NCBI GenBank assembly: GCA_934246625.1
Contig: CAKQHZ010000001.1
Location: forward strand, 30,001-62,000
Direction: 5' to 3'
DNA: 32,000 bases
Origin: an uncultured Alphaproteobacteria bacterium
Lineage (GTDB): Bacteria > Pseudomonadota > Alphaproteobacteria > Rs-D84 > CACZYB01
Each line of letters begins with the position of its first letter. Positions within the stretch are counted from its first letter, which is position 1. Below, one piece after another: positions 9,615 through 15,421 of this stretch. Position numbers and translations under genes: made by a program. A model generated the notes under the pieces. The model was not told the DNA's origin, did not search any database, and saw only the letters and a program-made list of their open reading frames with translations.

Positions 9615-9643
9615 ATTTTATAACAAAGAATAGATAAAGTCAA
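9615..9643 (-). promoter_or_regulatory. candidate sigma70-type promoter of the mod-...-res operon
   Basis: The minus strand reads TTGACT (9643-9638), a 17-nt spacer, then TAAAAT (9620-9615). This ends about 20 nt upstream of the mod ATG, and an AAGGA SD is present. Confidence 0.45.
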
Positions 9644-9666
9644 AGTAATATTAAGGAAAATAATCT

Positions 9667-9880
9667 TTAAAACTTGTGTTGATTCTTCAACCATTCCAAG
9701 AAACATTGGCACCCTTCATAAACATCCCAATAGGTTTCATCAAAGTTGCCAGTGTCCTATAGGTAGTTGATTTTTCTTGGGTGGGTTGTGTAGTTCAAAA
9801 GAAGGCTGATTGTTGAACACAAACCCCATCATAGGAGAACGGACGATATTACCAAGACAAATGAAGAGAACTTTAATTAT
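9667..9880 (-). pseudogene. internally deleted, stop-containing pseudo-copy of the LMW protein-tyrosine phosphatase gene
   Basis: It aligns to both the 5' and 3' ends of the intact gene at 13107-13577. Identical runs are 9724-9750 = 13164-13190 (27 nt) and 9776-9792 = 13216-13232 (17 nt). The translation is IIKVLFICLGNIVRSPMMGFVFN / ISLLLNYTTHPRKINYL*DTGNFDETYWDVYEGCQCFLEWL. The start codon is ATA instead of ATG, about 280 bp of the middle is missing, and a TAG interrupts the DPWYTG motif. Confidence 0.75.
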
Positions 9881-10506
9881 TTAATATCTGATAAATCTCC
9901 ACATTTAGCTGTTAATTTATCAATCATAATACTATCTAATTTAGTATTATCTATATTCTTATTTTTTTCTAATAATTCTATTATTTCAATAATATTATCT
10001 GCAACACAATCACATTTTTTTAAGTTTGTTTTATCATCTTTTTTACGGTATTTCAATTCGTTTTTGCACATAAACCTCACATCCTCTTTATGTTCTTCAA
10101 TTCTTTTCAAAAACTCTTCGTCTGATTTAGGTTCATATTTATATCCTAGTTCTAATATAGGAACAGTTTTATCTAATCCACCTTTTGTTTCATATTTATA
10201 CACGCCATTTTGGGTAAAGCATTTATCTTTAGGAAGAGAAATAAACATATCATCATAATAATCAACGTTTCTTTGAGGACTTACTAATACAGTAGTACCA
10301 AAGCAATAACGTTTGTCTGTATCTTCACATTCATTTGCTAAAGCATAACCATCTTGTATAACTTGAAGTACTTTAACTTTTGAAAAATTCATACAATTTT
10401 CATTAACTATTTCATCATCTCTGTTAATAGTTTCAGTTGTTTTTTGATTAACTAAAGTATTTACACATCCTACTAATAATGGTAATAAAAAATATATTTT
10501 TTTCAT
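9877..10506 (-). CDS. hypothetical Cys-rich lipoprotein (209 aa)
   Basis: The signal peptide has a lipobox (MKKIYFLLPLLVGC). An AGGAGA SD is present. No recognisable domain. Confidence 0.7.
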   Translation of the reverse strand: MKKIYFLLPLLVGCVNTLVNQKTTETINRDDEIVNENCMNFSKVKVLQVIQDGYALANECEDTDKRYCFGTTVLVSPQRNVDYYDDMFISLPKDKCFTQNGVYKYETKGGLDKTVPILELGYKYEPKSDEEFLKRIEEHKEDVRFMCKNELKYRKKDDKTNLKKCDCVADNIIEIIELLEKNKNIDNTKLDSIMIDKLTAKCGDLSDIK

Positions 10507-10825
10507 CTTAATGTCTCCTATATAATATATCTTTCCTATATTTTAAATCCTCTACAAGCCAGTTTCAAGGAAAAATAAATACAGATATTTGAATATTTTA
10601 TGAAACACTAACATATAAAAATAAGCAAAATATATGAGTTATATAATTAAAGCCCATATATAGAAGCATAAAAACGAATCTCCTCCTTTTTTATCTCTAA
10701 ATCACACCTTTTCACCCAATTCTGGCACCAAAGGTTTTTATTCTCACACCTTTGCTTTATCCCGTCTTTTCAATACATTAGGTCCATTTTCTCCTCTGTC
10801 TTTATCTTCCCTTTAAATATTTAAC

Positions 10826-10854
10826 TTGCAATTATATCTATTTTCTAGTATAAG
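10826..10854 (+). promoter_or_regulatory. candidate sigma70-type promoter for the HTH gene
   Basis: TTGCAA (10826-10831), 17-nt spacer, TATAAG (10849-10854), ending about 58 nt upstream of ATG 10913. Confidence 0.35.
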
Positions 10855-10912
10855 TTGTAATATATTGTATGAGATTGTCGTAAGAGAGAGTTATAATCAA
10901 AGGAGTTGTGTT

Positions 10913-11146
10913 ATGGATACAGAACATTCTAAAATCTGGGGGACTATTGACAAGATTGCATACATAAACGGTATTTCTGTTTCTGCTTTGGCTAAAAAGG
11001 CAGGTCTTGATGCTACAGCATTTAATAAGAGTAAAAGGTTTTATCCTAGTGGCAAATTCAGATGGCCATCTACGGAAAGTATTTGTAAGGTTATGAGGGC
11101 TACCGGTCTTTCATGGGAGCAATTCTCTAAATATTTAGAGGGGTAG
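10913..11146 (+). CDS. stand-alone Cro/cI (XRE)-type HTH transcriptional regulator, 77 aa
   Basis: I prefer ATG 10913 (AAAGGAG SD 6 nt upstream) over the track start at 10826. MDTEHSKIWGTIDKIAYINGISVSALAKKAGLDATAFNKSKRFYPSGKFRWPSTESICKVM resembles, from memory, the N-terminal HTH domain of alphaproteobacterial phage-repressor/S24-peptidase proteins (...LARRAGLDPTTFNKSKR...RWPSTESI...). No peptidase domain follows. Confidence 0.75.
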   Translation: MDTEHSKIWGTIDKIAYINGISVSALAKKAGLDATAFNKSKRFYPSGKFRWPSTESICKVMRATGLSWEQFSKYLEG

Positions 11147-11184
11147 GAAGGAGGAGGCTCAACGCTATCTCTTTAATAAAAAAC

Positions 11185-11207
11185 TGCCCCGGTTATTTGC
11201 TGGGGCA
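11185..11207. terminator. bidirectional hairpin terminator between the convergent HTH and 371-aa genes
   Basis: The stem is TGCCCC/GGGGCA. It is flanked by an A-run on the left, which gives GTTTTTATT on the minus strand, and by a weak T-run on the right. Confidence 0.5.
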
Positions 11208-11293
11208 ATTTAGTAGATATAAAAAAATTATTTACAATCTATTTTACCGAAATAAATGTTAATAATAATTTTTTTTCATTTTTACTCTTTCCT

Positions 11294-12409
11294 TTATTTT
11301 TCAACATTTTTTGATTTTATTCTTTTCAAAAGCTCTTTGTTTTTATTTGCAACGCCAATTTCAATATTGTCATCGTATTCTTCCCCAAGGAACTTTTCCC
11401 TTAACTTTCTGTTTGCAAGAATGTATTCGGCATCCTTAAACTTTTTATCATTTTTGGCACAGAATTTTTGTTTTTTCTTATTTTCTTGTTCTATTTTATT
11501 AAGGAATTCACCATAATAGTCATGAATGAAATAATCTGGCAAATCAAAATCCCTATAAAAACGTTGTTCATCAGGAGTATCAGGTGACAATGCAAAGCCC
11601 CCCCTATCTACAAGTTTAAAGCTTGGACGTTCAAGATAAACCTCTTTATCTATTTCATCGTAATTATCCTCACCTTTTTCAAAACGATTTTTGAAATTTT
11701 TCAAATTATTTTCAAAATTGTTTGCCAATTCCTCCGCCGATAATTTTGTTGCAAAATCTCGTGGATAGTCTAATTTTGTTATAGCATATTTTGGAGAAAT
11801 ATGAAGACCATATACACATCCAAGAGCCGCAATCATAGTCTTTTTTCTATCTTCTTTAAATTTAGTATATTTGTATTCTCCAGCAAAAGGTCTATCAAAT
11901 TTTTCAAAATAAAAATCCACAAACTCAAAAATATTTTCCATTACACGTATTGGAAGTTTTGTTTCCATATCCTTTTTGCTGTATGGAATAAGTGCAAAAA
12001 CCTTTTCTATTGCATTTGAAGATACAGGAAAAGGGTTGTCATCCCAGGCGTAAAGATTACTCCAATGATGTGCAAGTTTAATATAACATTCTGAAAGGTC
12101 TTTACAGTTGTCAAGATAACCACCATTTCCTTCATATAAAGGCAGTTTATTTTTTTGCATTTCTGTAATTATATTTCTTACATTTTCACTTAACTGAGAC
12201 CTAATATCATTTATGTTATAGAATATATCATACAAAAAATCTTGAAATGAATAAAACCTTCTTGTCAGATCATATTTAATACCATCCAACACATCATTGC
12301 GTTTTTTTTCTTTCAGTTTTTTTATTTTTTTATAGGCTTTGTTTAATTCACCATGTAATTTGTCATTCTTACGTTCTTCTTGTTTTAACCAATCATATAT
12401 TATACTCAT
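11294..12409 (-). CDS. hypothetical protein, 371 aa, no recognisable domain
   Basis: Long ORF with a GGAGAAAACT-ATG SD. It has a Lys-rich, probably coiled-coil N-terminus and a charged C-terminus. I found no catalytic motif. Confidence 0.75.
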   Translation of the reverse strand: MSIIYDWLKQEERKNDKLHGELNKAYKKIKKLKEKKRNDVLDGIKYDLTRRFYSFQDFLYDIFYNINDIRSQLSENVRNIITEMQKNKLPLYEGNGGYLDNCKDLSECYIKLAHHWSNLYAWDDNPFPVSSNAIEKVFALIPYSKKDMETKLPIRVMENIFEFVDFYFEKFDRPFAGEYKYTKFKEDRKKTMIAALGCVYGLHISPKYAITKLDYPRDFATKLSAEELANNFENNLKNFKNRFEKGEDNYDEIDKEVYLERPSFKLVDRGGFALSPDTPDEQRFYRDFDLPDYFIHDYYGEFLNKIEQENKKKQKFCAKNDKKFKDAEYILANRKLREKFLGEEYDDNIEIGVANKNKELLKRIKSKNVEK

Positions 12410-12423
12410 AGTTTTCTCCTTTT

Positions 12424-12690
12424 TTATATTGATAAAAATTCAGATGACACACAAAATTTACCGGCATCAAATGGACCAATGCCAATTTGACCTTCCGTAA
12501 AATTATAATGATTTTGTGCAAAATAACGTATCGTCCGACGAATGAAAAACGGAGTTTTTTGAACGAAAAATTTCAACAAAATAACGGCGAAAGTGAAGAC
12601 GTTTCCAATAGTTTGTGCAAAACTGCAACTACCAATGAAATCTATGCAAGCAAAAGCCCCCCCCCCAATTCGTCTATTTTGTCTAATCAT
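12424..12690 (-). CDS. hypothetical 88-aa hydrophobic/Cys-Phe-rich ORF carrying a G10 tract at codons 9-12
   Basis: A strong SD is present (AAAGGAGAAGAAAA-ATG). It stops 14 nt upstream of the 371-aa gene start. The composition is odd for a protein, so it may instead be a leader or regulatory region. Confidence 0.4.
   Translation of the reverse strand: MIRQNRRIGGGAFACIDFIGSCSFAQTIGNVFTFAVILLKFFVQKTPFFIRRTIRYFAQNHYNFTEGQIGIGPFDAGKFCVSSEFLSI
12657..12666. repeat. C10 (plus strand) / G10 (minus strand) homopolymer
   Basis: Counted directly: gcccc (12656-12660) followed by cccccc (12661-12666). Confidence 0.97.
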
Positions 12691-12883
12691 TTTTCTTCTC
12701 CTTTATTCTTCATGGACACTCTCATAATATCATATTTGAGAATATATGTAAAGAACTTTATCCTATTTTAGAAAGGTATAAGAGAAAGATTCCGAAACAA
12801 GTTCGAAATGACACAAATGACAGAGTTTAGAATTGACTGGGCTGTAAAGACCTCAACACCCATCATCTAGACCGATACACAAT

Positions 12884-12908
12884 AAAAAAAGCTCCCGAAG
12901 GAGCCTTT
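12884..12908 (-). terminator. rho-independent terminator downstream of tRNA-Met
   Basis: The minus strand has a GCTCC-TTCG-GGAGC hairpin followed by T7. It begins 7 nt after the tRNA CCA end. Confidence 0.7.
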
Positions 12909-12914
12909 TGATAA

Positions 12915-12991
12915 TGGTGGGAATGGATGGACTCGAACCAACGACCGACCCGTTATGAGCGGGTTGCTCTAACCAACTGAGCTACATTCCC
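12915..12991 (-). tRNA. tRNA with CAT anticodon (elongator Met, or Ile2 if lysidine-modified), CCA encoded
   Basis: Hand fold of the reverse complement: GGGAATG-TA-GCTC-AGTTGGTTA-GAGC-A-ACCCG-CTCATAA-CGGGT-CGGTC-GTTGG-TTCGAGT-CCATC-CATTCCC-A-CCA. There is one U-U mismatch in the T stem. The G1-C72 pair argues against an initiator tRNA. Confidence 0.88.
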
Positions 12992-13005
12992 TAACTATGT
13001 CGCAT

Positions 13006-13034
13006 AGTATAAAGTATTTAGTTTCGAAAATCAA
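13006..13034 (-). promoter_or_regulatory. candidate sigma70-type promoter of tRNA-Met
   Basis: The minus strand reads TTGATT (13034-13029), a 17-nt spacer, then TATACT (13011-13006). This ends 14 nt upstream of the tRNA 5' end. Confidence 0.5.
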
Positions 13035-13106
13035 ATAAAAAATTGAATATGTTATATATTAAACTATTTTTATATTTTAACATTTCTTTTTAAATTATAG
13101 TTTAAC

Positions 13107-13577
13107 CTACACTTTTCCATTCTTTTTCAACCATTTTAAAAAGCATTGGCAACCATCGACTATATCCCAATAGGTTTCATCAAAGTTGCCTGTATACCAT
13201 GGGTCTTTGATTTTCCTTGGGTGGGTTGTGTAATCCAAAAGCAAACTTACTTTATGCCCTTTGTCTGGACCAATAAGAGATTGTATATCCTCAACATTAT
13301 TCTCGTCCATAGCAATAATATAATCATATTTTTCATAGTCTGATTTTCGGATTTGCTTTGAGTAATGTTCGGTAAATGGAACGTGCATTTGTGTCAAAAT
13401 TTCTCTGGTTCCATAATGTATGCCTTCGTGATTGATTTCATTATAGCTTTCTGTCCCAGCGGAATTGATTTCAAACATATCGTGTAATCCCGCATTATCA
13501 ACCATTTGTTGAAACACAAATTGAGCCATAGGGGAACGACAAATATTTCCAAGACAAACAAAAAGAACTTTTATCAT
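13107..13577 (-). CDS. low-molecular-weight protein-tyrosine phosphatase (intact copy)
   Basis: 156 aa. It carries the P-loop VCLGNICRSP (CX5R-S) at the N-terminus and the DPWYTG Asp-loop near the C-terminus. Confidence 0.9.
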   Translation of the reverse strand: MIKVLFVCLGNICRSPMAQFVFQQMVDNAGLHDMFEINSAGTESYNEINHEGIHYGTREILTQMHVPFTEHYSKQIRKSDYEKYDYIIAMDENNVEDIQSLIGPDKGHKVSLLLDYTTHPRKIKDPWYTGNFDETYWDIVDGCQCFLKWLKKNGKV

Positions 13578-13581
13578 TTTG

Positions 13582-14100
13582 TTATAGTTGTTTTTCTATA
13601 TCTTTCAATTTGTTATAAATAGCTGTAGCATTTGAAGTTTGTGAAACATCAGATGTAAATAAATATGTTTTTCCACAACCTGCATTGATGCCAGCTTCTA
13701 CATCTCGTTCTTTATCACCAACCATAATTGACTTAGTCATATCAAGATTGTATTTTTCCTTTGCCTTTAAAAGCATACCAGGATTTGGTTTGCGGTCAAT
13801 ATGACAATTATCCTTAAACGGACAAACGAAAATATCAGTTATACTTATGCCTTGTTTTAAAAATTCATTTTTCATATAGTCGTGCAAAATATTTACATCA
13901 TTTTCTGTAAATCTTCCACGCTCTATGCCTGATTGATTTGTAACGATTATAATTTTATAGTTTTTGTCTTGAGCAGTTTTACATAAATCAAAAATTCCAT
14001 CAATAAAGTCAAATTCTTCAATTTTATGAACGAAATCGTAATCTATGTTTATTGTGCCATCTCGGTCTAAAAATAATGCTTTGTTCAATTTTTTCTCCAT
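13582..14100 (-). CDS. gmhB: D-glycero-D-manno-heptose 1,7-bisphosphate phosphatase / HAD-IIIA phosphatase
   Basis: HAD motifs are FLDRDGT, VTNQSG and GDKERD, plus CPF...C..DRKPNPGM. I prefer ATG 14100 (MEKKLNKALFLDRDG), because the track start at 14142 is a TTG. Confidence 0.8.
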   Translation of the reverse strand: MEKKLNKALFLDRDGTINIDYDFVHKIEEFDFIDGIFDLCKTAQDKNYKIIIVTNQSGIERGRFTENDVNILHDYMKNEFLKQGISITDIFVCPFKDNCHIDRKPNPGMLLKAKEKYNLDMTKSIMVGDKERDVEAGINAGCGKTYLFTSDVSQTSNATAIYNKLKDIEKQL

Positions 14101-14152
14101 GGTTTTGGAAAGTATTATATTTATAATCCTAGATATAATCAATATAAATTAT

Positions 14153-14199
14153 AAAAGAAAAAAGCTTCCCCTCCTTTTTTAGGATAAAAGAAAGGGAAG
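14153..14199 (-). terminator. rho-independent terminator after the endolysin gene
   Basis: The minus strand forms a 14-bp stem, CTTCCCTTTCTTTT / AAAAGGAGGGGAAG (two G-U pairs), with a 7-nt loop, followed by CTTTTTTCTTTT. Confidence 0.6.
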
Positions 14200-14235
14200 A
14201 TTTAAAGAAAAAAGATAGATTAGAAGAAAAATTGA

Positions 14236-14670
14236 TTAGCATTCGCTTAGAAAATAATAAAGCTCCTCGACCCTTCGCTTTACAATACCTTTTAATCCAC
14301 TTTTGAAACCAAAGTCCCATTGACGAACTATCTCTACATAATCTTTATTAAGGATTGCTGTGCGAAGTTTTGATTTCTTAAATGTTGGTCCTCCGATATT
14401 ATAAATAAGAGAAGTTAAAGCCTCTGTTTGTCTTAATGACAAGGTTAAGTCTGCAATATATGGTAAAACCTCCTTTTTTATCCAAAAGTTAAGAAGCTCC
14501 TCCGCCCTATTCTTTGATATAGTCATACCTTTTGCAACAGGTTTTCCATTTATCAAAGTAGTCCCATAACCTATGGTCCATATACCAGCGGGGCAAAGAT
14601 ACGCAGTTGACCTAAAGCCTTCGTATTTTTTTATAAGGTTATTCATTGCATTCCAATTCATAAAGTTCAT
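14236..14670 (-). CDS. phage-type GH24 (T4/P22-like) endolysin
   Basis: KKYEGFRSTAYLCPAGIWTIGYGTT fits the E-x8-(D/C)-x5-T catalytic triad exactly (E, 8 residues, C, 5 residues, T). The real start may be ATG 14646, which overlaps the upstream ORF's stop (ATGAATAA). Confidence 0.88.
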   Translation of the reverse strand: MNFMNWNAMNNLIKKYEGFRSTAYLCPAGIWTIGYGTTLINGKPVAKGMTISKNRAEELLNFWIKKEVLPYIADLTLSLRQTEALTSLIYNIGGPTFKKSKLRTAILNKDYVEIVRQWDFGFKSGLKGIVKRRVEELYYFLSEC

Positions 14671-14878
14671 AGTAAATATTAAGATGTTGTTGTGTTTTTA
14701 ACGTATCATTTTTACTTGGCAACAATGGTTCATAGATAAAACAAAAGCTGTCGCTAATCTCGTGTGAGCAACTTGGAAGAAGTAGAAGAAGAAGTAATAC
14801 GTTTTTTAATTTTGGTTTTTGTGCTAACCTTTTTAAGAACTTTTTTAGATTGTTTTGCTTTTTGTTTGATTGTTCCAT
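14639..14878 (-). CDS. o-spanin-like small lipoprotein (79-aa precursor), starting inside the upstream gene in another frame
   Basis: AAAGGAGAAAAAA-ATG SD is present. The n-region is Lys-rich, followed by VLLLLLLLPSC (lipobox-like). The mature peptide is about 43 aa with 3 Cys (CSHEISDSFCFIYEPLLPSKNDTLKTQ...ELEC). The overlapped architecture resembles Rz/Rz1. Confidence 0.55.
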   Translation of the reverse strand: MEQSNKKQNNLKKFLKRLAQKPKLKNVLLLLLLLPSCSHEISDSFCFIYEPLLPSKNDTLKTQQHLNIYYELYELECNE

Positions 14879-14948
14879 TTTTTTCTCCTTTGATATAGAT
14901 AAAAAGACTTCCTAAAATACCAATAATAATTAGATATATTTTTTTCAT
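14754..14948 (-). CDS. small N-terminally membrane-anchored, Lys-rich protein (64 aa); i-spanin-like position but unusually short
   Basis: It contains MKKIYLIIIGILGSLFIYI as a TM segment. Its ATG lies 1 nt after the holin-like ORF's stop, with GGAG in that ORF's 3' end. It contains the start of the lipoprotein ORF in a different frame. Confidence 0.5.
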   Translation of the reverse strand: MKKIYLIIIGILGSLFIYIKGEKNGTIKQKAKQSKKVLKKVSTKTKIKKRITSSSTSSKLLTRD

Positions 14949-14949
14949 T

Positions 14950-15135
14950 TTATACTCCTGTGAAAAGTAAAGTTAATATTGAAGCAGGATTTTCAAAGCA
15001 ACCCTTGTAAATTGAAACTCCTATGTATGATAAAATAAGAAGTGTTGCCAATATTCGCTTAAGTGCGACACTTCCATCTGTTTTAATAAAACATTTTTTT
15101 AAACCTATTTTTAAAAATTCAATAAATTTAGTCAT
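14950..15135 (-). CDS. holin-like small membrane protein (61 aa)
   Basis: I prefer ATG 15135 (AAAGGAGTAAA-ATG), because the track start at 15198 would translate through a terminator hairpin. It is the first gene of the lysis cassette and has the hydrophobic segment ILATLLILSYIGVSIY. Confidence 0.5.
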   Translation of the reverse strand: MTKFIEFLKIGLKKCFIKTDGSVALKRILATLLILSYIGVSIYKGCFENPASILTLLFTGV

Positions 15136-15150
15136 TTTACTCCTTTCATT

Positions 15151-15183
15151 AAAAATAAAAAAACCTCCGCAGAAACGCAGAGG
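15151..15183 (-). terminator. rho-independent terminator immediately upstream of the holin-like gene
   Basis: The minus strand has the stem CCTCTGC / GCGGAGG (one G-U pair) with loop GTTTCT, followed by TTTTTTTATTTTT. It ends about 16 nt before the holin SD. Confidence 0.6.
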
Positions 15184-15245
15184 CTTTAAAAAAATCAAAA
15201 ACTAACAAAATAAAATGGAGAGAGTTATCCTATTAGTCATAATTT

Positions 15246-15274
15246 ACTATACACTATTTTTAATTAAAAGTCAA
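15246..15274 (-). promoter_or_regulatory. candidate strong sigma70-type promoter reading toward the terminator and lysis cassette
   Basis: The minus strand reads TTGACT (15274-15269), an exact 17-nt spacer, then TATAGT (15251-15246). Confidence 0.5.
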
Positions 15275-15278
15275 GAAC

Positions 15279-15299
15279 AATTTAAGAACACTTTATTTT
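15279..15299. repeat. direct repeat copy 1 (21-nt perfect core AATTTAAGAACACTTTATTTT; about 55 nt imperfect, 15271-15325)
   Basis: It is identical to 15401-15421. The flanks are also similar (tcaagaaca.. versus tcaagcaaca..; ..taccgattaccattcttgg versus ..tatcgagtatgttcttgag). Confidence 0.9.
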
Positions 15300-15313
15300 A
15301 TACCGATTACCAT

Positions 15314-15397
15314 TCTTGGAACCTTGCGAAGCGGACTAAAAATTTTCCTACTATCCCCGTAGGAAAATTAAGTCCTTTTAACGCTCGGTTTCAAGCA
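15314..15397. other. long imperfect hairpin (about 84 nt) between the two repeat copies
   Basis: The inner stem is 11 bp, AATTTTCCTAC / GTAGGAAAATT, with loop TATCCCC. It is extended by GGACT/AGTCC, CGA(A)GC/GCTCG and CTTGGAA/TTTCAAG. Hand-folded only; the transcribed strand is undetermined. Confidence 0.55.
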
Positions 15398-15400
15398 ACA

Positions 15401-15421
15401 AATTTAAGAACACTTTATTTT
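15401..15421. repeat. direct repeat copy 2 (21-nt perfect core), abutting/overlapping the HNH gene's stop codon
   Basis: Identical to 15279-15299. The HNH stop codon is at 15421-15423. Confidence 0.9.

Noticed and set aside
10598-10669. 23-aa hydrophobic mini-ORF (MLLYMGFNYITHIFCLFLYVSVS) on the minus strand upstream of the lipoprotein gene, downstream of an AAGGAGG-like motif. It might be a type I toxin-like peptide.
   Set aside because: The SD-ATG spacing is about 12 nt, which is too long. No antisense RNA features were seen, and ORFs of this size arise by chance very often in AT-rich DNA.
10680-10825. Pyrimidine-rich (plus strand) stretch upstream of the HTH gene, considered as a possible structured RNA or repeat.
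   Set aside because: No internal repeat or stable hairpin was found by eye. It is probably just the divergent promoter and leader region.
12487-12771. 94-aa plus-strand ORF overlapping the 88-aa minus-strand ORF and the C10 tract.
   Set aside because: It has a TTG start without an SD, and it runs antisense to an ORF that has a strong SD and operon context. Neither frame looks like a typical protein, so only the minus-strand ORF is reported, at low confidence.
14129-14320. 63-aa minus-strand ORF spanning the endolysin 3' end and the terminator.
   Set aside because: It overlaps the well-supported endolysin frame and reads through a 14-bp terminator hairpin.
15136-15198. N-terminal extension of the holin-like ORF to 15198, and similar track extensions of cysS (to 20209), tspO (to 17133), gmhB (to 14142), HNH (to 15780) and the HTH gene (from 10826).
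   Set aside because: The extensions begin at non-ATG or SD-less codons. They run through terminator hairpins or promoter boxes, while internal ATGs with good SDs give family-typical N-termini.
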